From the NCBI GenBank assembly GCA_016715865.1, contig JADJXM010000001.1, positions 417,572-481,571 of the forward strand: 64,000 nt of DNA, read 5' to 3'. Position numbers and translations under genes: made by a program. This DNA is from Acidobacteriota bacterium (GTDB lineage Bacteria; Acidobacteriota; Blastocatellia; RBC074). A model generated the notes under the pieces. It ran no database searches and was not told where the DNA came from. It saw only the letters and a list, made by a program, of their open reading frames with translations. Position 1 is the stretch's first letter, and the number at the start of each line of letters is the position of its first letter. Shown one piece after another: positions 36,705 through 63,821 of the stretch.

Positions 36705-38414
36705 ATGAAAACCCGTTTTTTTGTTTTTGTGGCCCTCATAGCGGGCCTGACATTTCTATCTTCGCGGGCGCAGACGGTGGCGACGGAAGTCGCGGATCTG
36801 GTGCTGCTCAATGGTCGTGTCTGGACCGGCGCGGATAATTCGTTCGCGCAGGCTGTTGCTATCAAGGGAAATCGCATCGCCGATGTCGGAGCCGACAACA
36901 GCATCAGGAGGATGATCGGCCCCGGCACTCAGGTCATAGATCTCAAGGGGCGACTAGCCGCGCCGGGCTTCAATGACGCGCATATCCATTTTCTGGGTGG
37001 ATCGCTCAGTTTGAACGAAGTCGATCTAAACGGATGCAGGACCGTCGCTGAGATGCTCGAACGCATCGGCGCTTATGCGCGCAAGAACCCTGACGCTGAG
37101 TGGATCAAGGGCCGAGGTTGGGAGTACACCAAATTCCCAGGTGGCCTCCCGACGAAAAGTTATCTGGATGCAGTAGTTCGCGACCGGCCGGTATTCCTGA
37201 GCGCCTATGATGGCCACAGCGCCTGGGTCAATTCGAAAGCGCTCGAACTGGCTGAGATTGACGAAGAGACCCGTTTCGAAGGCTACGGTGAAATCGTCCG
37301 AAACGCCGCCGGAGAACCTACCGGAGCGCTTAAGGAGGGCGCTCAGTCCCTGGTTCGAAAGATCATTCCCCAGCCGACTCGTGAGGATAAGCTCGCGGCT
37401 CTGCGCAACGGGCTTAAACTGGCGGCTTCTCTCGGCATCACCAGCATTCAAAATGCCAGTGGCTCCCCGGAAGAGGCGTCGCTATACGAAGAGTTGCTGG
37501 CCGGCAATGAATTGACTGCACGCGTTTCGGTTGCCTTCTCGATCGGACTGCAGACGACGGAAGAAGATCTGAAGCGGTACTCTGAGTTGCGGATCAAGCT
37601 CAATCGAGCTCCGATGATCAAAGCCGACTCAGTCAAGATCATGCTCGACGGTGTGATCGAATCGCATACGGCCGCGATGATCGACAGATACAGCGACCTG
37701 CCCGCAAACCATGGCGCTCCGATGGGCATTCTGGCCATTCCGCCTGATCAATACCGCGCACTGGTAATCAATGCGGACAAGCTTGGATTTCAGATATACA
37801 CTCACGCCATCGGTGATCGCGCCGTCCGCGAGGCGCTGAGCGCCTATGATGTCGCGTACCGCAACAATCCACACAGGCTGACGCGCCACCGCATCGAGCA
37901 TATTGAGACGATCTCCCCTGAAGATCTGGGTCGATTCGCACGCCTCGGAGTTCTCGCCTCGATGGAGCCGATTCATGCGGATCCCTCAACGGTGGATGTC
38001 TGGGCCCGTGCCGTCGGGATCGAAAGGCTGCCATTCTCCTTTGCCTGGTCTTCGCTCATCAAGGCAGGCGCGACACTTGTTTTCAGCAGCGACTGGCCGG
38101 CAGCCATCAGCATCAATCCGATTCGCGGCCTCCATATCGCCGTCAATCGCCGAACAACTGTCGGCGATCCGCCCAGGGGCTGGATCCCCGAACAACGAAT
38201 TCGCATCTCCGATGCCATGAGAGCCTATACCTACACGGCCGCCTATGCCTCTTTCGAAGAACACGTCAAGGGTGTCATCGCTCCGGAGATGCTGGCTGAT
38301 ATCGCAATCTTCTCACAGGACCTCTTCAGGATTGATTCGATGAAGATCCACGAGACTCGCGTCGTCATGACTGTCTTCGATGGAAAGGTCATATACAAGG
38401 ATGGCTCGTTTTGA
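36705..38414 (+). CDS. secreted amidohydrolase-3 family metal-dependent hydrolase
   Basis: Signal peptide, then [13 protein letters not shown] (metal-binding HxH) and an overall Amidohydro_3-like sequence. Confidence 0.8.
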   Translation: MKTRFFVFVALIAGLTFLSSRAQTVATEVADLVLLNGRVWTGADNSFAQAVAIKGNRIADVGADNSIRRMIGPGTQVIDLKGRLAAPGFNDAHIHFLGGSLSLNEVDLNGCRTVAEMLERIGAYARKNPDAEWIKGRGWEYTKFPGGLPTKSYLDAVVRDRPVFLSAYDGHSAWVNSKALELAEIDEETRFEGYGEIVRNAAGEPTGALKEGAQSLVRKIIPQPTREDKLAALRNGLKLAASLGITSIQNASGSPEEASLYEELLAGNELTARVSVAFSIGLQTTEEDLKRYSELRIKLNRAPMIKADSVKIMLDGVIESHTAAMIDRYSDLPANHGAPMGILAIPPDQYRALVINADKLGFQIYTHAIGDRAVREALSAYDVAYRNNPHRLTRHRIEHIETISPEDLGRFARLGVLASMEPIHADPSTVDVWARAVGIERLPFSFAWSSLIKAGATLVFSSDWPAAISINPIRGLHIAVNRRTTVGDPPRGWIPEQRIRISDAMRAYTYTAAYASFEEHVKGVIAPEMLADIAIFSQDLFRIDSMKIHETRVVMTVFDGKVIYKDGSF

Positions 38415-38420
38415 TCCTGG

Positions 38421-38570
38421 AGAAGTTTCCGGTGGGAAGAAGTTTCCAGTTTCCAGCAGGAAGTTTCCAGTTTTTTTGAAGACGAAAAATAAAATATCGA
38501 ATCGGACCAATAACTGGAAACTACTCCCACCTGAAACTTTTTTCATTCCACCTCTGAAACCTTTCTGCAT
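38421..38570. promoter_or_regulatory. second copy of the AAGTTTCCAG repeat module, upstream of the DUF4097 gene
   Basis: GAAGTTTCCGGTGGGAAGAAGTTTCCAGTTTCCAGCAGGAAGTTTCCAG plus a downstream ACTGGAAAC. It is nearly identical to the module at 23000-23045 in the same orientation relative to the downstream gene. Confidence 0.4.
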
Positions 38571-38632
38571 GAGTCATCACCTACACTGCGACACTTATTT
38601 GCTCATTCAATTTGAAAGGACAAGAGGGAACC

Positions 38633-39430
38633 ATGAAAAAAATCAACCTGAAAACGATTACTGGTCTTGCCATATTTTGCCTGATGGCTGCGATCACAGC
38701 CACGGCCCAGGATTTCCAGCAGAGCTACGGTCTGGGAGCAGGCGGAACCGTCAACATCCGTAACGTTTCCGGCAAGATCACAATCACAGGATACAACGGC
38801 AATCAGATTGTTGTCACCGGTTACAAGGAAGGCCGCGATCGCGATCAGATCTCGATCGAGGATCAGAGCAGCGGCAACAGCGTCAGCGTCCGAGCACGAT
38901 ATCCGGAAAACTGCAACTGCAGTGCAAGTGTGCGCTTTGAGGTCAGGGTGCCCACCGAAATCAGCTACCGCTTCAATTCAATATCAAGCGTCAGCGGCGA
39001 CGTTTCGATCAGCAATGTCATGGGTGATCTGATTGCCAAATCGGTCAGTGGCGGCGTCACAGTTAACGGCGTCAGCGGCAAAGCGACGATATCTTCGGTC
39101 AGCGGTTCGGTGATGGTCGGAGCTGTCAACGGATCGGTCACTGCAAAATCGACCAGCGGAGACATCAAGGTCGAGATCAACCGCCTGAGCGGAACCGAGG
39201 ATATGGAATTCGCCTCTGTCAGTGGCGATGTGCACGTCAAACTCCCCGGAAACCTGAATGCCAACGTCAAGCTCTCGACGCTCAGCGGCGACCTGCGAAC
39301 CGATTTCCCGATCACGATCGATGAATCCCGCTATGGCCCCGGTCGCCGTGCTCAGGGCGTCGTAGGTTCAGGCGAACGCAATCTTAAAATTTCAACCGTC
39401 TCGGGTTCAGTTCACCTGCTGCGGATGTGA
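38633..39430 (+). CDS. DUF4097-like putative adhesin / beta-helical secreted protein
   Basis: Signal peptide [26 protein letters not shown], followed by repetitive VSGxV/SGDV units. Confidence 0.6.
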   Translation: MKKINLKTITGLAIFCLMAAITATAQDFQQSYGLGAGGTVNIRNVSGKITITGYNGNQIVVTGYKEGRDRDQISIEDQSSGNSVSVRARYPENCNCSASVRFEVRVPTEISYRFNSISSVSGDVSISNVMGDLIAKSVSGGVTVNGVSGKATISSVSGSVMVGAVNGSVTAKSTSGDIKVEINRLSGTEDMEFASVSGDVHVKLPGNLNANVKLSTLSGDLRTDFPITIDESRYGPGRRAQGVVGSGERNLKISTVSGSVHLLRM

Positions 39431-39477
39431 TCCTGTGACTAATAGAAGTTACTCATGCCTGATTGAGTGCTAAGGAT

Positions 39478-39516
39478 TGAAACGCCAAGGCGCCAGGAAG
39501 GCCAAGAATTTTTAAG
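39478..39516. repeat. copy of the AAACGCCARGGCGCCARGAA...AATT...TAAGG intergenic repeat, 3' of the DUF4097 gene
   Basis: GAAACGCCAAGGCGCCAGGAAGGCCAAGAATTTTTAAGG is ~75% identical to 41108-41146. Confidence 0.4.
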
Positions 39517-39770
39517 GTTTTGAAAGACCAGTCCGATTCAATAATACTCAGCGAGCGCGTCGAAATATATTCTCGATGCGCTTTTTTTATCTCCTGTCGG
39601 TTTGGTCTGACCATTGATCTGGCCGCTCGGAGAGAGTAAAATCCTGGCTATAATTGAATAGATCAAGGTCGGTGCCTGCACAGGCCCGCCTCGCTTTCGT
39701 GGAATTGGCTGATACATACTGTAATGAAAGCAATTAATTCGAGACCATGCAAAAACAAAAAGGAGATGAA

Positions 39771-41087
<1,317 letters not shown>

Positions 41088-41109
41088 TTCCCTGAGGGCC
41101 AGGATGTTT

Positions 41110-41192
41110 AAACGCCAGGGCGCCAAGAAAATTAATCTTCTATAAGGTCATTCCATCCTTATGCATTTCTTGGCAGTCCTGGCGTTTTTCGT
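41110..41192 (+). terminator. hairpin repeat with T-run, the likely terminator of the Gfo/Idh/MocA gene
   Basis: AAACGCCAGGGCGCCAAGAA ... TTCTTGGCAGTCCTGGCGTTTTTCG is a 20-bp stem followed by T5. Confidence 0.5.
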
Positions 41193-41421
41193 TAAAACTA
41201 TGGTCAATCGACTAAAATTGATGGAAGAAAACGATTTAACTCGATTTTCGCAATCCGGTTAGGATAGAATTGAATTCTTCATACTGCGTGTTGGTATGCA
41301 AGCGCGGGATGATTTCAAACTTTTAAAATTGAATTGTTTCCGAGGGCTCGACAAGGACGCGGCAGGCGAGCCTGAACTGTGCCGGAAATTGCCCGGAAAT
41401 AGCATGGTCAAGGAGAAAACC

Positions 41422-44400
41422 ATGTCACTGAAGATCAGCCAAATCGCAAAAACCAGAACATCCAAAGTTGACGGAAGACCGTTCAAAGTCGGGTTGATCA
41501 TTATCCTGACATCAATGGTCTTCATTTATGGGTTGATCGGAGCGATTGCGTCGAATGAGAGTTCTTCGCCGGTTGCAGTCGATAGTTCAATCGCTTTTGC
41601 GGTTCAGACAGAAAAGAAGGATGACAAGCAGGATCATAAGTTGGAAGCCGGATCGGTCATCGAAAGAGATATCAACGGAAGCGAAGCTCACAATTACAGT
41701 TTTGATCTTGATGCCGGGATGTCTGTGCGCATAGTCGTCGATCAGAGACTTGGCGATGTCCGAATCAAATTGTTGAACATGCAAGGGGAGAAGGTTCACG
41801 AGGTCGACCGGGCCGGTTTAGTCAGTCTCTCGGCGATCTCCGACGTGGCGACGACGTACCGGATCAGTGTCGAGTCTTTGCAACGGGCCGGTGTTGCCGG
41901 TCGGTATGTGCTGAAACTGGATAACCTCCATGCAGCCAGGGCCGAGGACCGGCAGCGCCTGATGGCGGAGAAACTGGTCAACGAGGGGCTTTCACACGGC
42001 AAATCCAGAAAACATGCAGACGTAAAAGAAGCCATCATCAGGCTGACTAAAGCTGCTCAAATATGGGAAAAACTGGGCGATTCGCGCGAGCTATCGGCAA
42101 CCCTTTATTTTCTGGCCCAGCGTCACGAAGATCTTGGCGATTACGATGAAGCCAGGAAGGCAGATGAGAAAGCTCTTGAACTAAGCCGCCAGAACTCGGA
42201 TCTGATTCGGGAAAGCCTTGTGCTCGGCCATCTTGGAAATCTCGCAATCAGGATAGAAGATGACGATCAGGCGCTTGATTATTTCGAGAAGGCTGCCGGC
42301 GTCAGCCGGGCCGCCGGCAAACTGAATCTTGAACAGATTCATCTGGCCAACTCAGGAGTGATTGCAAAGAGAAAAAGGGATTATGGAAAGGCGAGGATTA
42401 TTTACCTTCAGGCGCTCAAGGGGGCGAGGGAGCTGGGCGACGAGTCAGTCGAAGCGTCGATCCTTAATAATCTGGCGCGTGTTTATGATCTGAGCGGCGA
42501 AAAGCAGAAAGCAATCGAGACATACGAAGAAATTCTGCCAATCTGGCGCAGGTTGGAGAGTTCAGATAATGAAAGCGCTACACTCAAAAACCTCGGCGCC
42601 GTTTATGAATCCATGGGCCAGAATGAGACTGCGCTGCAACATTACAAATTCGCGCTGGAGAAAGGCAGACATCTCGGTAATCCTAACCGTGAGGCCCATA
42701 TCCTGGCCGATCTGGCCCGCGTTCACCGGGCGCTTGGTATGCGCGATCAAGCCAGGATCGATATCGAACAGGCGCTCGCGATCTTCGAATCTCTCCGTGC
42801 CAGACTGGCCAATCCGACTCATCGAGCGATGTTTGCGGCCAGCAGTAGAAAATATACCGATTTGATTCTCGATCTGCTCATTCAGGATAAGAACCAGAAG
42901 GTGGCGACACTCAATCAAAGTAAGGCGTTCGAATACAGTGAGCGGGCACGTGCCCGCTCCTTGCAGGAGATGTTGCTCACAGCCGGCATCGATTTTAGAC
43001 AGGATGCCGATCAGAAGCTTCTGGATCGAGAGACTCAGTTGAAAAAACAGATCCAGTCCATGGACAACCAGCGTCTCCAATTGCTGGCCAGAAAGGATGG
43101 CGCCGCCAAAGCCGCTGAGGTTGAAAAAGAGCTGGGCAGTCTTTACTCGCAATACGAGAACCTGGTCTCGGATATGCGCAAATCGAACCCGCAGTTGGCG
43201 AATCTGACCCAATTTCAACCCGTCAGAATTGATGAACTGCAGAAAAATCTGATCTCTGACAGGGCTGTCCTGCTCGAATATTATCTTGGAGATGAGCAGA
43301 GCTTTTTAATGGCCGTGACCCCGGATTCATTGGTCTCCTTCGTTCTGCCGCCGCGCGAAACGATTGAGAAGCTCGCCAATAAACTCTATGACGCGATGAG
43401 CGCCCCGGGACAGAAGATACGCTTTGAAACGCCACAGGAGCGAGTCGATCGGATGGCCAAAGCCGAACGCGATTTTAATCTTGCTTCCAGTGAGCTGAGT
43501 CGGATATTGATTGCTCCGGTCCGTGACCAGCTTGGCGACAAGACTCTTCTGATCGTTCCGGACGGCGTTCTCCAGTACGTTCCATTCGCGGCCCTGCCCG
43601 ATCCGCGTGCCGGATCGATCACTCCGCTCATAGTTCATAACGAGATCGTTAATTTGCCGTCCGCGGCGGCTTTTATGACTCTCAGGCGGAACTATCGCCC
43701 GCTGCCGGAGACTGGCCGATCAATTGCCGTTATGGCTGATCCGGTCTTCAGCAGGGAAGACTCGCGTTTTGAACTACTGACTGCGACGGCAGTCTCGGGG
43801 AATAATGATGAGACCGCTGTCGATATCATGCAGAACATCATGACGCGCGGTTCAGGACACGGTTTAAAGCTCCCACGGCTCAGATATTCACGCAGTGAAG
43901 CGACGTCGATTGCTGCATTGTCTGGTCTCAAATCAAGCATGGTCGCTCTGGATTTCAAGGCCAATCTCGATCTCATCAAAAGCGTTGAGATGAGCCGATT
44001 TGGCTATCTCCACATCGCCACTCACGGCTTGATGAACAGCGAAGTCCCCGCACTATCGGGGCTTGTGCTGTCGCTGGTCGATGAGAACGGTCAGTCGCGT
44101 GACGGCGTTCTGAAACTGGATGATATATATAATCTGAAGCTTAATGCCGAATTGGTGGTGCTCAGCGCCTGTCAGACAGCGCTCGGCAAAGAGATCAAAG
44201 GCGAGGGTGTTATCGGTCTGACAAGGGGATTTATGTATGCCGGTGCTCGACGCGTCGTCTCAAGTCTCTGGATGGTCGATGATGCCGCAACCGCTGAGAT
44301 GATGAAGGTCTTTTACGAAGGCATGTTGAAGAAGAATCTCAAGCCGGCCTCTGCACTTCGGGCCGCGCAGATCGCCATGTTGAAGAAGGATAACCGGGAT

Positions 44401-44448
44401 GCCCCTTACTTCTGGGCAGGATTCATTCTGCAGGGAGAACCACGTTAG
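41422..44448 (+). CDS. membrane-anchored TPR-repeat protein with C-terminal CHAT (caspase-like) domain
   Basis: AAGGAG lies 7 nt before ATG 41422. An N-terminal TM is followed by multiple TPR-like repeats. The C-terminal region has the His/Cys dyad context YLHIATHG ... [12 protein letters not shown] typical of CHAT. Confidence 0.8.
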   Translation: MSLKISQIAKTRTSKVDGRPFKVGLIIILTSMVFIYGLIGAIASNESSSPVAVDSSIAFAVQTEKKDDKQDHKLEAGSVIERDINGSEAHNYSFDLDAGMSVRIVVDQRLGDVRIKLLNMQGEKVHEVDRAGLVSLSAISDVATTYRISVESLQRAGVAGRYVLKLDNLHAARAEDRQRLMAEKLVNEGLSHGKSRKHADVKEAIIRLTKAAQIWEKLGDSRELSATLYFLAQRHEDLGDYDEARKADEKALELSRQNSDLIRESLVLGHLGNLAIRIEDDDQALDYFEKAAGVSRAAGKLNLEQIHLANSGVIAKRKRDYGKARIIYLQALKGARELGDESVEASILNNLARVYDLSGEKQKAIETYEEILPIWRRLESSDNESATLKNLGAVYESMGQNETALQHYKFALEKGRHLGNPNREAHILADLARVHRALGMRDQARIDIEQALAIFESLRARLANPTHRAMFAASSRKYTDLILDLLIQDKNQKVATLNQSKAFEYSERARARSLQEMLLTAGIDFRQDADQKLLDRETQLKKQIQSMDNQRLQLLARKDGAAKAAEVEKELGSLYSQYENLVSDMRKSNPQLANLTQFQPVRIDELQKNLISDRAVLLEYYLGDEQSFLMAVTPDSLVSFVLPPRETIEKLANKLYDAMSAPGQKIRFETPQERVDRMAKAERDFNLASSELSRILIAPVRDQLGDKTLLIVPDGVLQYVPFAALPDPRAGSITPLIVHNEIVNLPSAAAFMTLRRNYRPLPETGRSIAVMADPVFSREDSRFELLTATAVSGNNDETAVDIMQNIMTRGSGHGLKLPRLRYSRSEATSIAALSGLKSSMVALDFKANLDLIKSVEMSRFGYLHIATHGLMNSEVPALSGLVLSLVDENGQSRDGVLKLDDIYNLKLNAELVVLSACQTALGKEIKGEGVIGLTRGFMYAGARRVVSSLWMVDDAATAEMMKVFYEGMLKKNLKPASALRAAQIAMLKKDNRDAPYFWAGFILQGEPR

Positions 44449-44460
44449 TTAATTGAAGTC

Positions 44461-44614
44461 TGTGCAAGTTGATTTAACAAGGAATTCAGGAAGAAGAATT
44501 TTAGCCGCGAATGAACACGAATATTCACTCATAAAAGATTATCAGAAAATCATTCGTGTTCATTCGTGGCTAAAATTCTAAACCACTGATCATGCTTGAC
44601 TTAAATTTGCACAC
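44461..44614. terminator. nested inverted repeats between convergent CHAT gene and the 44672-46741 gene
   Basis: Inner 26-bp arms GAATTTTAGCCGCGAATGAACACGAAT / ATTCGTGTTCATTCGTGGCTAAAATTC. Outer arms TGTGCAAGTTGATTTAACAAGG / CTTGACTTAAATTTGCACAC. Confidence 0.5.
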
Positions 44615-44671
44615 GCTTCAGTTAATTAATGCCGCCGTGCAAAAGAGGCCATATCCGTTGTCGAGATAAGG

Positions 44672-46741
<2,070 letters not shown>

Positions 46742-46832
46742 GGCTTTTACCTGATCCCCTATACCCGTCGTTAACTGCTGTAAGTTTCGAAAATGACACG
46801 CAGTTCAGATCCGATTACCGGTAGTATTGCGC

Positions 46833-46879
<47 letters not shown>

Positions 46880-46973
46880 GTTGAGTAGTTTTAACCGAGG
46901 TAGTTGTGATCTTTCCCTCTCACTTCCCGTATCCTGAGGGGAGGTCACGCTGTAAACAACTGTTCCTCTGTTA

Positions 46974-47004
<31 letters not shown>

Positions 47005-47031
47005 ATGACGAGCTGGTTGCATTTAATTGAC

Positions 47032-47121
<90 letters not shown>

Positions 47122-47156
47122 ATTAAAAAGATCAACTTTCAAAGGAGTCGTCTGAA

Positions 47157-47543
47157 ATGTGCCTCAGACGTCAGTGGACAGGTGTCTTCGCTTGCGGTCC
47201 GGTCTGGAATCTGAAAACCGCAAAAGTTTCACTTACAAAAACCGCAAAAAAGCTTGTACTCAATATCAGCCTGATTCTGATGGCTGTCATCTGGGTCGTA
47301 ATAACAAATACAAACTCAGCTGCTCATTCATTCTCCAATAATAACCAGCCGGATAAACTGCCGCCACCTGTTGTATCAAGGATGCTCGCCGCCATTGTCA
47401 TTAATCCGGGCCCTGTCGAAATAGAGGAAAGTCAGTCCCGGCATGGAGAAACGGATGCGGAATCATTCGTCATGGCTCCTCCGCCTCCGCCGCCCGATAA
47501 CGGGTCAAGCGGGGATGATATCCTGATTCGCGTCGAACGCTGA
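47157..47543 (+). CDS. small hypothetical membrane protein with Pro-rich tail
   Basis: AAAGGAG lies 9 nt before ATG. One TM LVLNISLILMAVIWVVI and a PPPPPP stretch. It lies in the low-GC islet. Confidence 0.35.
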   Translation: MCLRRQWTGVFACGPVWNLKTAKVSLTKTAKKLVLNISLILMAVIWVVITNTNSAAHSFSNNNQPDKLPPPVVSRMLAAIVINPGPVEIEESQSRHGETDAESFVMAPPPPPPDNGSSGDDILIRVER

Positions 47544-47972
47544 AATATTTTCTTGTCTTTAAGTTCGTATCAAGTTAGTATGGCCGCGTGATTTCCTTCA
47601 GTGCCATATTTCAGAGTGTGATTTTAAGTTTTCGGTCCTCCTCAATTATTTGATTGTGACAAAGCAATTTTGTCGTGTCAGGCCTCACGGACAAGCGTCT
47701 GACGTCGATCTTCCTGACAGGCATTGGTGCTTTATTTCTGAAGCAATCTAATCCGATATCCCCCTGATATAAAAGTTATTAAGAAATACGGGAGTGGTTT
47801 GTTTTAAGCGCAGTTTTGACGTTTAAACGGTCAGAGAATGTGAGTGGGGTAACCATTCCGGGATATGGTGTATGCATCGATCAATATTTTCCGGTTTGGA
47901 TTATCCATACGTTTTTTGATTCCATGATTTATCAATCGAACTGATGGTTTTTATTTAACCCGGAAGGTGGAT

Positions 47973-48512
47973 ATGGAGACACAGGACTACAAATTGTCTA
48001 ATTCAGAGCTCGCTGTGGATAGTGTTGGTAATCAGGGCAGGCAGTTAAACGGTCTGACGGCGCAACTGGCTGATGAAGTGCGTCCGCCCAATCAGGTTGG
48101 CGGACTCCACGCGGCTTTTTCAGAATATGTACTGAGCTGGTATGAAAGATCGGGCAATGATCTCAATTTCATAAGCACGGGGAGCAGACCGCAGCATCTG
48201 GCGCAAGTTTTGGAGATCACGATTTTTCGTGTTTTTCAGGAGGCGGTGGCCAATATCTTTAAACATTCATTTGCGAGGAATGTGTTCGTCTCAATCGAGG
48301 ATGCGGATGAATCGATCTCTCTGACGATCGACGACGATGGTATCGGTTTTGATCCTCATGAGCCTGATTTTTTGCTATTCGGCCCGACCAAATTGGGCTT
48401 GAAGGTAATGCGGGAGCGAGTAGCCCATGTTGGAGGAACACTCAGAATCGATTCGGTCATCGGTAAAGGCACCGGGATCAGAATCCGGATACCTGTCGGG
48501 TATGAAGGCTGA
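47973..48512 (+). CDS. stand-alone histidine-kinase ATPase (HATPase_c) domain fragment, HisKA_3/NarX-type
   Basis: N-box-like FQEAVANIFKHS, then DDGIGF and the G-boxes GLKVMRERV...GGTL...GKGTGIRIRIP. No dimerisation or His domain, sensor or TM upstream. Confidence 0.55.
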   Translation: METQDYKLSNSELAVDSVGNQGRQLNGLTAQLADEVRPPNQVGGLHAAFSEYVLSWYERSGNDLNFISTGSRPQHLAQVLEITIFRVFQEAVANIFKHSFARNVFVSIEDADESISLTIDDDGIGFDPHEPDFLLFGPTKLGLKVMRERVAHVGGTLRIDSVIGKGTGIRIRIPVGYEG

Positions 48513-48707
48513 CATTATCCTATACTCGAATTACACGGAATTCCGGGAGCGCGGGCTGGAAGCATGCGCTCCCGGGAAGGCGATCATCACCGATCCTGAT
48601 CCTGATCAGTCAGGGGGAGAGGTCTGAACAAAAAGAATGAATGACTGGCGTTGACAAGTTTCTCGGGTTTACAATGTGTCGGCAACTGAAAAATTGTCGA
48701 CATAACC

Positions 48708-50639
48708 ATGAATATCCTTTCACTAGATAATGTCAGTAAAACCTTCGGAATTAAGCCACTCTTTGAAGCCGTCACATTCAGCATAGATGGTACTGATAAA
48801 ACAGGCGTCATCGGGGTCAATGGGGCAGGCAAATCGACATTGCTCAAAGTCATAGCCGGCGAAGAGCAATGCGATTCCGGGCGCGTCGTCCTGACTAAGG
48901 ACAAGGTCGTCACCTATCTTTCGCAGAATCCTGCGTACAATCCGGATCAAACTGTCATAGAGGCCATCTTCAGCGGCAACAGCGAAACTTTGCGTCAGAA
49001 ACTTGATCTCCTTCGTCGATACGAAGTCGCCTGTCACGATCTGGCCGAACAAGGCGGGACCGACGAAAAACTGCTGGCCCTGGTCTCTGACCTCGCCGTC
49101 GATCTCGAAACAGATGGCGTCTGGCATCTGGAGATCGAAGCCAAAGCGATTCTTGCCGAACTGGGCATTACGCAATTCGATGCCGTTATGAGCACGCTTT
49201 CCGGCGGTCAGCGCAAACGTGTCGCGCTCGCGCACAGCCTTTTCATCAAACCCGACCTGCTGATTCTGGACGAGCCTACCAATCATCTCGATGCTGAGAC
49301 TGTTGAGTGGCTGGAACGATATCTGGCGGATTTCAGAGGCGGGCTGCTGCTGGTGACGCATGACCGTTACTTCCTCGATCGAGTTACGAATCGGATTCTC
49401 GAAATTGAACGGGGCCGTGTCAGATCGTTCCCTGGAAATTATGCAAAGTATCTGGAGAAGAAACAGGAGCAGGAAGAACGACTGGCCGTCGAATCGCAGA
49501 AGTTGAAACAGATGGCGCGAAGAGAGCTGGAATGGCTTCGCAGGGGGCCCAAAGCCCGTACTACCAAGGCGAAAGCCCGCGTTGATCGTGCTCGTGAATT
49601 GATACAGCAGTCGCGACAACTGGCCGGTGATATCGCATCCAGACGCACGCTCGATATCACATTTGATTCGAATCGTCTTGGCAAAAAGATTCTCAGCCTG
49701 CATTCCATTTGTAAAAGCTATGGTGACAAAACGGTCATCAGCGATTTCAGCTATTATTTCAAGCGTGGGGATCGCATAGGTATCATCGGTCCCAACGGCG
49801 CCGGCAAGACGACTCTGCTTGAAATCATCTCGCAAAGACAAAAGCCCGATTCGGGCGAGATCGAAATGGGCGAAACGGTTGTTATTGGTTATTATGATCA
49901 GGAGAGCCGGCAGTTCGACGAGTCGCAGCGATTGATCGATTACGTTAAGGATGTGGCCGAATACATTCGAACTGTGGACGGTGATGTAATCACAGCCAGC
50001 CAGATGCTCGATCGGTTTCTTTTTCCGCCTGCCATGCAGTATCAGACCATTGGCTCTCTTTCGGGCGGTGAACGCCGAAGGCTCTATCTGCTGCGCATTC
50101 TGATGAGCGCACCGAATCTGTTGCTGCTTGACGAGGTTACCAACGATCTTGATATCCCGACCATGATCGCCCTCGAGGATTTTCTGGAGAGCTTCCCCGG
50201 CTGTCTGTTAATCGTCAGCCACGACAGGTATTTTCTTGATCGGACAATTGATTACATCTTCAGATTCGAAGACGGCGGCTGTATTCGAGAATACCCCGGT
50301 GATTACAGCACCTTTCTGGAAATCCGCGAACGGGAAAAAGCCGAAGCAGGCTTAACCCCGACAGACAAAAGATCACTTGGCCGTAATTTATCCGCAATCG
50401 CTGCAACCGCTGCACAAAATGTGAAGCGCAAACTGACATTCAAGGAAAAGCGGGAATTCGAAGAGCTTGAAGATCGGATCGCAGTTACTGAAGCTCGTAT
50501 TTCCCGGCTTGATGCCGAGCTGACGGCAAATGGCAGCGATCACGTATTAGTGGCGAGGCTCTATGATGAATTACAGGAGCTCAGGACGAAGTTGGACATC
50601 GATCTTGAACGATGGACGGAGCTGGCAGAATTGGCTTGA
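48708..50639 (+). CDS. ABC-F family ATPase (two ABC domains, Uup/EttA-like)
   Basis: Two Walker A motifs (GVNGAGKST, GPNGAGKTT), two LSGGQ/LSGGE signatures and a C-terminal coiled-coil. Confidence 0.9.
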   Translation: MNILSLDNVSKTFGIKPLFEAVTFSIDGTDKTGVIGVNGAGKSTLLKVIAGEEQCDSGRVVLTKDKVVTYLSQNPAYNPDQTVIEAIFSGNSETLRQKLDLLRRYEVACHDLAEQGGTDEKLLALVSDLAVDLETDGVWHLEIEAKAILAELGITQFDAVMSTLSGGQRKRVALAHSLFIKPDLLILDEPTNHLDAETVEWLERYLADFRGGLLLVTHDRYFLDRVTNRILEIERGRVRSFPGNYAKYLEKKQEQEERLAVESQKLKQMARRELEWLRRGPKARTTKAKARVDRARELIQQSRQLAGDIASRRTLDITFDSNRLGKKILSLHSICKSYGDKTVISDFSYYFKRGDRIGIIGPNGAGKTTLLEIISQRQKPDSGEIEMGETVVIGYYDQESRQFDESQRLIDYVKDVAEYIRTVDGDVITASQMLDRFLFPPAMQYQTIGSLSGGERRRLYLLRILMSAPNLLLLDEVTNDLDIPTMIALEDFLESFPGCLLIVSHDRYFLDRTIDYIFRFEDGGCIREYPGDYSTFLEIREREKAEAGLTPTDKRSLGRNLSAIAATAAQNVKRKLTFKEKREFEELEDRIAVTEARISRLDAELTANGSDHVLVARLYDELQELRTKLDIDLERWTELAELA

Positions 50640-50650
50640 ACTGCCGTAAC

Positions 50651-50700
50651 AGAAAAGCCCGACAGTATCTAATTTATACTGTCGGGCTTTTCTGTTTACG
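50651..50700. terminator. bidirectional Rho-independent terminator between ABC-F and giant adhesin A
   Basis: Perfect 17-bp stem GAAAAGCCCGACAGTAT / ATACTGTCGGGCTTTTC with a 7-nt loop, flanked by T-runs on both strands. Confidence 0.75.
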
Positions 50701-50714
50701 GCGACTCGATTTGC

Positions 50715-57747
<7,033 letters not shown>

Positions 57748-58180
57748 TAAACTACTCCTGAATTTAAAGAACTAGCAATTTAAAATCGCTATCATGTCAT
57801 TCTATTAATGACCTGGCGGGCGAGATTCACTTATGGCTGATCATAGCTCGCATTTTACCTCGAATCCAGAAGCTGAGAATTACTTCAGGATCATCCTGAT
57901 CCCTTTCCCTCTTGTAACCATAAACGAGATTATCGTTACATTTTAGAGAAAATCCAAACCCAATATTTCACTATATGTATCAATGTACATCGTACATGAG
58001 GACCATTTTATTAAATTAATCCAGCATATTTGGGTTAAAATTAGAAAGTGCCAATGGGCAGGATGCTGATGTAGTAGTTGCGGTGGAACTGGTGCAATGC
58101 GGTAAGTCAATGTATATCAGAATATTGCGATTGCTGATATTAAGCGATTTGTTAAGGTTAAATTGATCTGATAAAGAGAT

Positions 58181-58215
58181 CCGGGCACCAGATGAAATGG
58201 CACCCGGATAGGCTA
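58181..58215 (-). terminator. candidate Rho-independent terminator of giant adhesin B
   Basis: The minus-strand RNA folds CCGGGUGCCA-loop-UGGUGCCCGG (10 bp with 2 GU) followed by AUCUCUUUAUC. Confidence 0.45.
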
Positions 58216-58237
58216 ATAGTGTGACTACCATGTAGAA

Positions 58238-63616
<5,379 letters not shown>

Positions 63617-63821
63617 ATTTCACCTGCATTAAATCGATGTTTCGGGTCAGGGCGCCCGGCTTTTTTGGACACACTTGTGACAGGGCGATCTCCCGGTCAC
63701 CCGGCAACTCACTCACGCCAATTCATGGTTTTTCGAAGGTTTAGACGATTACCGCGAAGGCTATTTGTTGGATGGTCAGTTATTTTTGATGAATAATTGC
63801 CTGAATAAGGGAAGCGTTTAT

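Noticed and set aside
48723-49841. 372-aa minus-strand ORF inside the ABC-F gene
   Set aside because: It lies antisense to a gene with two clear Walker A and ABC-signature motifs.
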